A stretch of 53,766 nucleotides of DNA from positions 1 through 53,766 of IMG/VR virus record IMGVR_UViG_3300045125_000094; one strand, given 5' to 3'. Each line of letters begins with the position of its first letter. Positions within the stretch are counted from its first letter, which is position 1. Source of the stretch: a virus. Taxonomy: Duplodnaviria; Caudoviricetes. The notes beneath the pieces were generated by a model. That model was not told the origin of the DNA, ran no database searches, and was given only the letters and a program-made list of their open reading frames with translations. Of the stretch, positions 7,625 to 17,266 are shown piece by piece. The position numbers and the translations under genes are program-made.

Positions 7625-7966
7625 ATGTACCAGATTAGTGACATCAGATTCGACGCCGGGTCGCTCAGGGCCGAGAAGGCTCGCCGCTATGCTACTGTCG
7701 AATCACTTGCCGCTCACCTCAAGCACTCGCCAACCACGATCATCAACGCGCTGCACGGCCGCGATAATGTCCGGCTCGGCACGCTGCGCAGGATCGCCGC
7801 GCGCCTCGGCCTTCGCGTTGAGGTCACGTTTAGCCCGATCGGCGCTGGCTGTGCGCGCTGCGACGGCACCGGCATTGTCAGCGACGGTTACGCTGATCAC
7901 TCGTTTCCGACAGAGTGCGTCTGCGTTGATGGATCTCCCGTCACTGAAGAGGAGATACCGCTGTGA
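7625..7966 (+). CDS. XRE-type HTH protein with C-terminal CxxCxGxG..CxC zinc finger
   Basis: VESLAAHLKHSPTTIINALHG..VRLGTLRRIAARLGL, then CARCDGTG...ECVC; start uncertain. Confidence 0.7.
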   Translation: MYQISDIRFDAGSLRAEKARRYATVESLAAHLKHSPTTIINALHGRDNVRLGTLRRIAARLGLRVEVTFSPIGAGCARCDGTGIVSDGYADHSFPTECVCVDGSPVTEEEIPL

Positions 7967-8286
7967 ACCAGACCTTGCTTGACCTGCGCGAGGAGATAAA
8001 TCGATATCGCATTGCTGCCAGCTGCGCCGCCAACATTCAGGCGCGCATCGAGGCAGCGTATGACAGCGGCGATTTGCGTCAGATCGCCGAAGTGCGCGAG
8101 CACCTTGCTGCCCGCTGGCGACACTTGGTGGTTGAGCGCGACGATGCGCAGCTCGCCATTCGGGGGCTGTGCGCCAAGGTATTACACGAGACCCATCAAC
8201 GCGGCGTCGCCGGCGACGCAGGGAGCGAAAGCCACCCCGAACGCGTGCTGGAGTGGCCTGCGACTACAGGCCCGGGGAGGCAGTGA
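7963..8286 (+). CDS. Hypothetical helical protein
   Basis: GTGA overlap with the previous stop; GAGGAG RBS. Confidence 0.6.
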   Translation: MNQTLLDLREEINRYRIAASCAANIQARIEAAYDSGDLRQIAEVREHLAARWRHLVVERDDAQLAIRGLCAKVLHETHQRGVAGDAGSESHPERVLEWPATTGPGRQ

Positions 8287-8577
8287 CCACGCCTTCCCCG
8301 CTCTTCTGAGATTCGCCACGCGGCGAACAGGGGCGATGCGGCTCAGGAAGGCAAGGCTCGCGTCGCTCCTTCACCAGTTATGCCCGGTATGTTCTTTTTA
8401 TGCGCGTGCAGAGTTGTCCTCACATCTGAGCGATTCGGCTGAGGGGCTCAGCCGGGAGGGTTCAGGTGACACGCGCGTTTATTCCGGCCGGATCCCGGGA
8501 CCGGGCACCCACATTGCGCAAGCGCGCAATCATTCACGTTTTCTTGTGTGGGCGTGAGTGAACCTTGTCACATGTCA

Positions 8578-8618
8578 ACTGCTGGCGGTTTGGCTACCTC
8601 ACGCCAGCAGTCTTTTTT
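8578..8618 (+). terminator. Intrinsic terminator immediately before the replication genes
   Basis: ACTGCTGGCG-N14-CGCCAGCAGT-CTTTTTT. Confidence 0.7.
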
Positions 8619-8629
8619 CGGGAGAAGCG

Positions 8630-8884
8630 ATGAAGCTCAAAGAAATTACTATCACCTACGGAGGTAAGCTCAACCTGGGCGACTACAACAGTGCCCATGT
8701 CGAGATGACGCTCAGCGCTCTGCCGGAGGACGGCGAGACGGCTGAGCAGGTCGCGGCCGCTCTGATGGCGACGGCCAAAGCCAAGGTGCGCGAGGAAACA
8801 CGCGCTCTGTACGCAAAGCGCGGCGCTCGTGTCGACCAAATCTTCGCCGGCTTGCCCGTCGAAGTTCAAAAGCAAATGCAGTAA
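8630..8884 (+). CDS. Small phage protein of the replication module
   Basis: ATG after GGAGA; ITITYGGKLNLGDYNSAHVEMTL resembles a recurrent phage motif (NLGxYxS). Confidence 0.7.
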   Translation: MKLKEITITYGGKLNLGDYNSAHVEMTLSALPEDGETAEQVAAALMATAKAKVREETRALYAKRGARVDQIFAGLPVEVQKQMQ

Positions 8885-8900
8885 CTACAGGAGTCCAAAT

Positions 8901-9997
8901 ATGATAAAAGGTCTGACAGATAAGCCCTCCGCGTTTCCGCAGATCGGCGTATTGCGCAAGGGCGCAGCGAAGCCTGACCGCGGGCCCGGAAAGGATCTCA
9001 ATCACTTTCGTTTTGACAGCGACGATCCTGACGCCGTCAAGGCGTTCAACGACGCTTACGGCACCGAGCCGCGCTCGATCTTTGCCTACGTTCCGTTTGA
9101 GACAACGGACGAGAACTTTGAGGCGTGGAAGGAAGAGTGGGACGCGTCGTCTTTGCGGCATCGCTGCGACGGCGAGACGATGGTCCGCTGGCTGACGCCG
9201 CAGGGCACCTACTCGACCGCGCCGAAGTCCTGCACTGGCGGCTGCAAGCAGGTCGGACGGCTTCGGATTATCATTCCGGAGCTGAAGCGAATGGCGTATG
9301 TCATGGTGCAGACTACGTCGATTCACGACATCATTGAGATTCATCAGAACTTGCTGGCTCTGGAATCAGCACGAGGCAGTCTGCGCGGCATTCCGCTTGT
9401 CATCCGTCGCACTCCTCGCGAGATCTCGACGCCCGGCCCGGACGGCAAGCGCGTGCGCCGCGAGAAGTGGCTGATCGCTGTCGAGGCGCAGCCCGCGTGG
9501 GTTGAGCAGCAGCTGCGCGTCACTGCCGCCGCCGCGATGCCTTCACTGCCCGGTGCTCCCGCGCTCGCTCTCCCTCCTGGGACGGCGATGACGATGACGC
9601 CGATGACGTGACGCCAGCCATTGCCGAAGCTCAGCCTGTCGCGGTTGACCCGGCCGCTGCCGCCAGCGTCGAGAAAGCGCTCAAGCTCGTCGCGATGCAT
9701 CAAGCGAACGACAATGCTGGCACGGCGAAGATTATCTTCGATCGCGACTATGCCAGGCTGAGCTTTGACGCCCGTCAGCAGGTGCTGATCGAGATCAAGC
9801 CGACCCTGATCAGCGCCGTTGACGCTGTCTGCGCAGAGCTTGATGCGCGAATCGGCGCGGAGGCGCTTAACCAGCTGCTGGTTGTGAATGCCGGCACCAT
9901 GGCGTTTGACGACATGGACTCGATCGCTCTGGTGAGTCTGCTGTCCGCGCTCAAGCGTGAACGGCAAAAGGCTCCCGCAAAGGCGGTGAGCGCATGA
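8901..9997 (+). CDS. phiC31 Gp3-like (recombination directionality factor family) protein; frameshift near 9590
   Basis: FPQIGVLRKG..DLNHFRF..RCDGET..C...CKQVGRLRIIIPEL....VQTTS...LRGIPLVIRR; AGGAG RBS; continues into ORF 9608-9997. Confidence 0.7.
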
Positions 9998-10077
9998 AGT
10001 CATTCATTGGTGAGACCCTGCTGCTGTGGCTCGGCGTCATTCTCGTGTGTGCATGGGCGATCTGGTACATGGGATAA
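9994..10077 (+). CDS. 27-aa single-TM microprotein MKSFIGETLLLWLGVILVCAWAIWYMG
   Basis: Exactly fills the gap, with ATGA overlap upstream and TAATG overlap with the helicase start. Confidence 0.6.
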   Translation: MKSFIGETLLLWLGVILVCAWAIWYMG

Positions 10078-11689
10078 TGCAACTGCGACCCTATCAACAA
10101 GAGGCGTTGACAGCGATCGACGAGGCACTGGCTCGTGGCGTTCGCCGTCAACTGCTCGCGCTCCCGACCGGCGGCGGCAAGACTGTTGTCTTCTCCGAGC
10201 TTGTCCGTCGTCGGCCCGGACGCGCACTCATACTCGCTCACCGCGATCGCCTTATTCAGCAGGCGCACGACAAGCTCGCCACCGTCATCGAGCCGGCGAG
10301 ACTTGGTATCGTTAAAGCTGATCAGAATCACTTTGCAGCGCAAACGATTGTCGCCTCTGTGCAGACTCTTGCGCGGCCGCGACGTCGCCAGTCGCTGCCA
10401 AAATTTGACACTATTATTATCGACGAGGCGCACAGATCCGCTGCTCGTGTCTATCGCGAGATCATTGACGAACTGGCCGGCCCCGACTGCCTGCTGCTCG
10501 GTGTTACCGCTACACCTGAGCGCTCCGACGGCGTCGGCCTCGACACGGTCTACGACGAGATCGTTTACCAGGTTGGCATCCTCGATCTGATTGAGGCCGG
10601 CTACCTGATCCCGCTGCGCGGTCGCAAGGTTGTTATCAACGCCGACTTCTCGCACGTCCATACTTGCCGCAATACTGACGGAGTCAGCGATTACAAAACG
10701 GACGAGATCGAGCAGCTGATGCAGGCTGCCAACTGGTGCGAACATATCGGCAAGGCATGGCTCGAAGACGCCAGAGATCGACGCACCATCGCCTTTGTTC
10801 CTCGCGTCAGAATGGCCTATCAGCTCGCCGAGTGGCTGACCGGGAACGGCATTGCCGCGGCGGCGCTTGACGGCTCCAGTCATATCAGCGACCAGCGGCG
10901 CGTTGTTCGCGACTTTGAGGCTGGCCGGATTCAGTTTCTCGCCAACTGCGACCTGTTTGTCGAGGGCGCGGATATCCCCTCGATTAACTGCGTTGTCTTC
11001 GCTCGGCCAACCAAGTCGCGGATCGTCTATAGTCAGGCCATTGGCCGCGGCACCCGGCTGTCACCTGAGACCGGCAAGACCGACTGTCTTGTCCTTGATG
11101 TTGCCGGCGCGACAAACCGATTCGATCTGTGTCACCTCGGCACGCTGGCCGGCGTCAACCGAGTGCGCGACGACGAGACGCTGGCGGAGGCCGTGGAGCG
11201 CGAGGAGAAGGAGGCTCAAGCTAAAGCCGAGGCCGTACCTCCGCCAGCGATGCACGGAGACCTTCGGCTTGTTGATGCGGATCTCTTCGTCGATACCCGC
11301 CACCGCAGCCGGCACAGCAGTTCAAGTGGAACATTGACAAGATCACCCGTGAGGCTGAAATGCGCGCCGGTTCGCATCTGTATCGCATCTGCCGGCCTGA
11401 TCCGAACGGTGACTACATCTACTCGTATCAGGATGTTCGCACCTCTGAGACCGCAACGTACTACCGGGCGGACACTTACCTGCAAGCGCTACAGGAATGC
11501 AACCAGCACGCCAACACCGTGACGTTTGGCGGACCGGAAGCAGCATGGCGCAAAAAGCCTGCCAGTGAGAAGCAGGCGCAAATACTCCGCAAATTTCGCA
11601 TAGCAAACGCTGAATCGTTGACCAGCGGGGAGGCGGCCGATCTGATCACCGCCTGCTTCGACCGATCACGAAGGCGGGGTCGAAGGTGA
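10077..11689 (+). CDS. SF2 DEAH-box helicase (ResIII/Irc3-like); frameshift near 11310
   Basis: LRPYQ, LPTGGGKT, IIDEAH, VTATPER, QAIGRGTR; C-terminal WRKKPASEKQ...TSGEAADLI in ORF 11360-11689. Confidence 0.92.
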
Positions 11690-11695
11690 GCACAT

Positions 11696-13996
11696 ATGAC
11701 ACTACAGGACTTCCTTGGCAGATTCGAGACTCACAAGCGCTCGGGCGGCGGCTACCAGGTGCGCTGCCCCGCTCACGAGGACAACAAAGCTTCGCTCAAC
11801 ATCAAACAAGGCGACAAGGGTATTCTTGTCAAGTGTCACGCAAATTGTTCAACCGATCGCGTGCTCGAAGTCATGGGGCTCACGCTGCGCGATCTCTTCG
11901 ATACTCCGTCAGATCCGCAGTGGCGAGCGCGTCCGGCATCTCAGCCAGCTCGTTCTCAACAGTCGCGTTCGCAGCCAGCCGCTCAGCCAGCGGCACGTCA
12001 GCAGGATCGCCGCGACCCTGTCGCTGTCTACAAGTACCGCGATGAGGCCGGCGACCTGCTTTTTGAGGTGCTGCGATTCGAGCCGAAAGACTTTCGTCAG
12101 CGCCGGCCTGACGGCAGGGGCGGGTATATCTGGAAGCTCGACGACACTCGCCGCGTTCTGTACCGACTACCGGAGCTGCTCAATAGTCACCCGGACTCTA
12201 CCGTCTGGATTGTCGAGGGCGAGAAGGATGTGGACGCGCTGCGCGGCCTTGGCTTCACCGCCACCTGCTCTGTCGGCGGGGCTGGCAAATGGAGATCCGA
12301 TGACTACAATCAGCACCTCGCCGACCGCGATGTGATCGTCATTCCGGACAACGATCAGCCCGGCATCGATCACGCTCACGCCATCGAGCTGGCTCTGCTT
12401 GGCGTCGCTCGCTCGGTCAGGATCCTTACGCTGCCCGGTCTGCCGCCCAAAGGTGACGTCTTCGACTGGCTGGCGATCGACGGCAACGACGCGGATCGTC
12501 TCGTCGCTCTCGCCGACCAGCTCGACGAGCAGCCGCCTGTCAGCGCGCAGGTGTCGCCTGTCGCTGCCGTCTTCGAGGTTTCCGAGACTGGCCTGACACC
12601 GGACAAATGGCGGCGCACTCACGAAGGACTCGCGCTGGAGTTGCTCGCTCGCGCCAATGGCGATATTTGCTATATCTCGGATCTGACCGCGGATCTCAAG
12701 GCGGATACTTTCGCCACCTGGTCCGGCTCGCGCTGGTTCTTCCGCAATCCGGCTCTCGCCGCTCTCACCGAACGCCAGCGCCTGATGACGGCTGAGTTTC
12801 GCGCCTGGGTGCAGTCTTTTCTCGATCTGGTGGAGAATGACGTCGAGTCGCTCAGCAAGTTTGAGTCGGCGGCGCTCCGCTTCTCAAAGGAGATGGAATC
12901 GAGCGCCTTCAAAAAGGCGTGGCGCGAGGAGATCAAGGCCTACGGGCCCATTCACGCCAAAATCGGCGATTTTGATCAGGATCACTATGTCCTCAATTGC
13001 CAGAATGGCACGCTTGACCTCAGGAGGGGCATCCTGCGCGATTTTGACCGCCGTGACTACCTTACCCGCCAGCTCGACTTTGCGTTCGATCCTGAGGCAT
13101 CCTGCCCGCAATGGCTGCGCTTTCTTGATACAGTCTTCGCCGGCAATCGCGAACTCATCGACTACATGCAGCGCGCCATCGGCTACACGCTGACCGGTGA
13201 CACCTCCGAACAGTGCCTCTTCCTCTGTCACGGGCCGGGCGCGAACGGGAAGTCGGTAATGCTCGAAGTCATCACGGCGCTGCTCGGCGAGTTCGCCCAG
13301 GCGTCGCCAATGACCACTTTTACCGCCAAACCGAACGACAACGGCGCGTCAAACGATCTTGCCCGAATGCGCGGCGCTCGCCTGATCACCGCCTCCGAAA
13401 CCAACGAAGGAATTCGTCTCAACGAGGCGCTTGTCAAAAAGATCACCGGGCAGGACACCGTCACCGCTCGATTCCTCTACAGCGAATACTTCGACTTCCG
13501 TCCGTCGTTCAAGCTGTGGATCGCCATGAACCACCTGCCGACCATTCGCGGCACGGATGACGGGATCTGGCGTCGCCTTCGCCTGATCCCGTTCAGCGTA
13601 ATCATCCCCGAAGAGCAGCGCGACAAACACCTGACCACGAAACTCAAGTCAGAGCTGCCCGGGATTCTTGCATGGGCGCTCGCCGGCTGTCTCGACTGGC
13701 AGCGCAACGGTATGCGCACGCCAGAAGCCGTCAATGCCGCAACTCAGGGTTATCGCTCCGAGCAGGACGTCCTCGGCGCGTTTATCCAGGAGCGCTGCAT
13801 CGTCGGCAACGCATACGACGCACCAACCAACGATCTCTACCGTGCCTATTCTGAATGGGCGCAGCAGTCAGGCGAATATGTGATCTCGAAGAACGCTTTT
13901 GGTCGTCGAATGACCGATCGCGGCTTCAAGCTCGAACATGCTCGCAGCGGTGATCGTCGAATCGGCGTCGGTCTGCTCGCGGATCAGTCGAAATAG
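11696..13996 (+). CDS. P4-family primase-helicase (Zn-binding, TOPRIM, D5_N, SF3 helicase)
   Basis: CPAHED..KCHANC; IVEGEKDVD, PDNDQPG; LNCQNGTLDL; GPGANGKS, ASET, DDGIWRR. Confidence 0.95.
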   Translation: MTLQDFLGRFETHKRSGGGYQVRCPAHEDNKASLNIKQGDKGILVKCHANCSTDRVLEVMGLTLRDLFDTPSDPQWRARPASQPARSQQSRSQPAAQPAARQQDRRDPVAVYKYRDEAGDLLFEVLRFEPKDFRQRRPDGRGGYIWKLDDTRRVLYRLPELLNSHPDSTVWIVEGEKDVDALRGLGFTATCSVGGAGKWRSDDYNQHLADRDVIVIPDNDQPGIDHAHAIELALLGVARSVRILTLPGLPPKGDVFDWLAIDGNDADRLVALADQLDEQPPVSAQVSPVAAVFEVSETGLTPDKWRRTHEGLALELLARANGDICYISDLTADLKADTFATWSGSRWFFRNPALAALTERQRLMTAEFRAWVQSFLDLVENDVESLSKFESAALRFSKEMESSAFKKAWREEIKAYGPIHAKIGDFDQDHYVLNCQNGTLDLRRGILRDFDRRDYLTRQLDFAFDPEASCPQWLRFLDTVFAGNRELIDYMQRAIGYTLTGDTSEQCLFLCHGPGANGKSVMLEVITALLGEFAQASPMTTFTAKPNDNGASNDLARMRGARLITASETNEGIRLNEALVKKITGQDTVTARFLYSEYFDFRPSFKLWIAMNHLPTIRGTDDGIWRRLRLIPFSVIIPEEQRDKHLTTKLKSELPGILAWALAGCLDWQRNGMRTPEAVNAATQGYRSEQDVLGAFIQERCIVGNAYDAPTNDLYRAYSEWAQQSGEYVISKNAFGRRMTDRGFKLEHARSGDRRIGVGLLADQSK

Positions 13997-14004
13997 GCGA
14001 TTGA

Positions 14005-14450
14005 GGCCGTGAAGTAATTTTTGAGAATTTTGGCTTAATTCGGAACACTTCAGCGTGGCGTCCAAACGGCGTCACGCTTTTTGTATATATATGCAAATAA
14101 ATTACTTAGCAGCCATCAAACCGCACAATAAGCCCCGATTAAGCCATTTTACGTGGCGCAAAACGCGCGGGTTTTTGGCGCAATGGTGAAGTAATTGTGA
14201 AGTAATCGTGAAGTAATTTTAGGTAATACTTCACGCTTAACTCTTTGTTTTTAACTATTTACCTATTATGTGAAGTATGTGAAGTAATTTTCTATACACG
14301 TATATAAGAAAAAAGGGGAAAGAGGGGGTAATTATTCCCATGCGTATCTACAATGCAACAAATACTTCACATTCATCACGCCTACGGCTAAAGCATTGCT
14401 ACGTATGAGTTTAAGCCCGTGATGTAATTGTGAAGCAATACTTCACACAA
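14005..14450. other. Putative replication origin: AT-rich tract with GTGAAGTAAT iterons in both orientations
   Basis: Direct copies or variants at ~14009, 14186, 14197, 14208, 14270, 14279, 14419, 14430; inverted ATACTTCAC at ~14226, 14362, 14439; directly after the primase gene. Confidence 0.8.
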
Positions 14451-14464
14451 TCACCAAATCGCTT

Positions 14465-14704
14465 ATGAAAGACCTGACCGCGAACGCAAAACTCAATCCG
14501 TGGGCCGAACTCGACGCCAGAGGTCGTCGCCTGGACGACCTTTCCGCCCTGATCCGTCTTTGGTCTGCCGCCAAAGACGACCTCGACGAAGCTCTCGCGA
14601 ACCCACTCAACACCGAAGCCGATATGCAGCGTCATCGTCGTCGCTTCGCCGAAGCCTGTCACCAGCTGCAACAGACTACGCGCACGCTGCTGACGCAGGA
14701 ATGA
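14465..14704 (+). CDS. Hypothetical protein
   Basis: Plausible helical ORF, co-directional with its neighbours. Confidence 0.5.
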   Translation: MKDLTANAKLNPWAELDARGRRLDDLSALIRLWSAAKDDLDEALANPLNTEADMQRHRRRFAEACHQLQQTTRTLLTQE

Positions 14705-14791
14705 ACACACAGACAAGCGTCGTCCCTGCCCCGATCGACGTGAAACGCACGAGAACCGTAGTGACAGTCACATAGCGAAAAAGGAAGGTCC

Positions 14792-15211
14792 ATGGGATTT
14801 CGAGCAGTACAGATCGCGAATCTATCGCAACCAACTCGACGCAAGTTTGCGCGAGCACTGCATCTTTTAGGCAAGGGCTCGCAATCGGCCTGGCTGAGCG
14901 TGCAGGTGCGACGGGTAATCCGCGAGGCGGCCATCCAGTTCGGTGAAGGCTTTGAGCAGACGCACCTGACGGAGGAGGAGCAGTTTGTTTGCGAGGTCAT
15001 TGCTGACGGCGCGGCCGAGATCGGTGAGATCGCCAGAGAGTCAATGATTCACGAACAACGGGTCCGAGCGATCCTGAAGCGATTACTGGAGTATGGCTGG
15101 ATCGAAGAGCGGCGCAAGGGCGGGAAGACCGACGCTGCGCGAGGTGCAACGATAAAGCTCTACTTCCCAAAACGGCCAATCTCGGCTGCGATAGACGGCT
15201 CGTCAAAATAA
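14792..15211 (+). CDS. Winged-helix DNA-binding protein, candidate late-gene activator
   Basis: IGEIARESMIHEQRVRAILKRLLEYGWIEERR wHTH pattern; last gene before the lysis/structural block. Confidence 0.65.
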   Translation: MGFRAVQIANLSQPTRRKFARALHLLGKGSQSAWLSVQVRRVIREAAIQFGEGFEQTHLTEEEQFVCEVIADGAAEIGEIARESMIHEQRVRAILKRLLEYGWIEERRKGGKTDAARGATIKLYFPKRPISAAIDGSSK

Positions 15212-15232
15212 ATCTCGCGATCGGGGTAGTCT
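15205..15232 (+). promoter_or_regulatory. Putative late promoter 1 (AAAATAAA-N14-TAGTCT)
   Basis: Same spacing recurs at 28401 and 29915; precedes the endolysin. Confidence 0.6.
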
Positions 15233-15239
15233 GTGACCT

Positions 15240-15827
15240 GTGAGAGCGAAGGAATCCATCACGGTCGAAGAGATTGCCGCCATCGCGGCGGAGATCGCTG
15301 TGCCTGTTGCGGCGCTACGGGCTGTGCTGGATGTCGAGACGCGAGGCGTCGGCTTTCTGGCTGACGGCCGGCCAATCGTGCTGTTTGAGCGGCATTGGTT
15401 TCACCGGCTGACAAAGGGGCAGCACGCAGGCGCGACCGACGTGTCATCGAGACAGCCGGGTGGATACGCGATCGGACCAACACCGGAAGCGAGAGGGCAG
15501 CGGGAATGGGAGCGGCTGGCGAGAGCGGCGCAGCTTGACTGGGACGCTGCGATGATGAGCGCCTCGTGGGGACTGCCGCAGATCCTTGGTGTCAATTACC
15601 GGCAATGCCTGTGCGCGACGATCGAAGAGTTTGTGACGGCAATGCAGGAGAGCGAGCGGCGCCAGGTGGAGCTGCTGGCGGAATTTCTGCGATCGCGTCG
15701 ACTGCTTGACGAATTGCGGCGACAGGACTGGGCAGGATTCGCGAGACAGTACAACGGACCTCTTTATCGGCAAAATCGATATGACGAAAAACTGGCAGAG
15801 GCGTTTGCCAGATTCAACAAGGAGTAG
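15240..15827 (+). CDS. Endolysin, N-acetylmuramidase (DUF3380-type)
   Basis: VETRGVGF..GRPIVLFERHWF, SASWGLPQILG.N, WAGFARQYNGPLY..NRYDEKL. Confidence 0.92.
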   Translation: MRAKESITVEEIAAIAAEIAVPVAALRAVLDVETRGVGFLADGRPIVLFERHWFHRLTKGQHAGATDVSSRQPGGYAIGPTPEARGQREWERLARAAQLDWDAAMMSASWGLPQILGVNYRQCLCATIEEFVTAMQESERRQVELLAEFLRSRRLLDELRRQDWAGFARQYNGPLYRQNRYDEKLAEAFARFNKE

Positions 15828-15830
15828 CGA

Positions 15831-16640
15831 ATGGAGAAAGTGATTTCTGGTTTGGGTGTAGTGGCCGCGGTGACGTTCGCCGTCGCGCCACAGTTTGGCG
15901 CGGTGCAGCCGAAGACGGCGGCGTGGCTGGTGCTGATCGGAACAGCGGTCTCGGCGGCCTCAGGCGCGCTGACAAAATATGGCGAGAGCAACAAGACGCT
16001 GACCGGGATCGGCGTCGTGGTGGCCGTGGCGGCCGTGATCGCCGGGGCGACTGATCTGATCCCGTCGAACGTGACGATGATCTTCTCGGTGATAGGGACA
16101 GCGGTGGCGGCTGTTGGCAAGTCGCTGTTCAACATCGAGCCAGATGAGCCCGGCAGCGGCGGATCCGCCGGAACGACGCTACTGCTGATTGGCGTGCTTG
16201 GACTGGCAGCCGGCGCAAGCGGTTGCGACAAGTCAAAGCAGCTGGCCGCGACGACTGACCGGGTGGCGGGTTACGTGGCCGCCGGGCTGACGATCGTCGA
16301 GAGGCAGACGACGACAGGCGAGATGTCGACCGAGACCGGAGCAGTGATCGTCAACGCGCTTGACAAGGTCAACACGCTCAACAAAGAGCTGATCGCCGAG
16401 GCGCGCAACTATCAGACACCGGACGGAGGGCTGGCACTGACGGAGAGTGGCAAAGCAAAGCTGCTGACGCTGCTTGGCAGTGGTAAGGCGATCGCGACCA
16501 ATCTGGTCAACGACCCGACTTTCCTGAAGCTGCCCGTGGCGAAGCGACAGGAGGTGGCGCTGCTGATTCAGGATCTGACGAATACGATCACTGCGGCCGT
16601 GTCACTGGTTGAGGCGATTCAGACAAAGGGAGGTAAGTGA
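15831..16640 (+). CDS. Holin-like 4-TM domain fused to an internal lipobox and a helical domain
   Basis: Two duplicated TM hairpins, a linker, then LLLIGVLGLAAGASG-C; follows the endolysin. Confidence 0.6.
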   Translation: MEKVISGLGVVAAVTFAVAPQFGAVQPKTAAWLVLIGTAVSAASGALTKYGESNKTLTGIGVVVAVAAVIAGATDLIPSNVTMIFSVIGTAVAAVGKSLFNIEPDEPGSGGSAGTTLLLIGVLGLAAGASGCDKSKQLAATTDRVAGYVAAGLTIVERQTTTGEMSTETGAVIVNALDKVNTLNKELIAEARNYQTPDGGLALTESGKAKLLTLLGSGKAIATNLVNDPTFLKLPVAKRQEVALLIQDLTNTITAAVSLVEAIQTKGGK

Positions 16641-16822
16641 TGGTCACATCATTTTTGCAGACAACGACGGCGATGATTTTGTTGCTGCTGGAGCAGCTAT
16701 TGAAAGAGTCGGAGCGCGGGAAGATGACGGCAGCGCAGCTGCTGGAGGCAGCCTGGAAGCAGACCGGACTCAACGAGCAGAAGATCAAAGAGCTTCGAGC
16801 GCAGTTCGGGGCCGTGAAGTAG
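16637..16822 (+). CDS. Small lysis-cassette protein
   Basis: GTGA overlap; GGAGG RBS. Confidence 0.55.
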   Translation: MMVTSFLQTTTAMILLLLEQLLKESERGKMTAAQLLEAAWKQTGLNEQKIKELRAQFGAVK

Positions 16823-16934
16823 GGGCAATTGCTCATAAACGGGCAGGAACGAAGCCGGCGGCGTCAGCCTATGACTTCCCTGCCCTGCCCCTTAAAAACG
16901 CAACAGCGGTTCAATCTGACGAAATGGCGACCCC

Positions 16935-17255
16935 GTGACAGAGAGAGTGGAGAAGATGCCAGACCTCACAGACATCCTGACATCGATGATACCGGTGGCG
17001 GCGGGCGCGCTTGGCGGCTGGCTGTTGAATTCATTGCGTAAGGCAAGCAAGGCAGACCTGACCGCAGCTGTGGCGACGATCGAGCGGCGACTGGACGAGA
17101 TCGAAATCGAGCAGCGAGGCTTTATCACTCGATCCGAGTTCCGGGACGCACTCAAAGAGCTGAAAGACGACCTCGGCCGACAGCACGAGGCGGTTCACGG
17201 GCAGCTACAGGAGCTAAATCGGGTACTGCTCAACCGGAGACCGACAAACCCATAG
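16935..17255 (+). CDS. N-terminal TM plus coiled-coil protein (holin/spanin-like)
   Basis: MIPVAAGALGGWLL followed by heptad-rich helix. Confidence 0.6.
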   Translation: MTERVEKMPDLTDILTSMIPVAAGALGGWLLNSLRKASKADLTAAVATIERRLDEIEIEQRGFITRSEFRDALKELKDDLGRQHEAVHGQLQELNRVLLNRRPTNP

Positions 17256-17266
17256 CGGGGGCATAA

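Noticed and set aside
14005-14450. Second CRISPR array
   Set aside because: Repeats are ~10 bp, irregularly spaced and in both orientations, as expected for iterons
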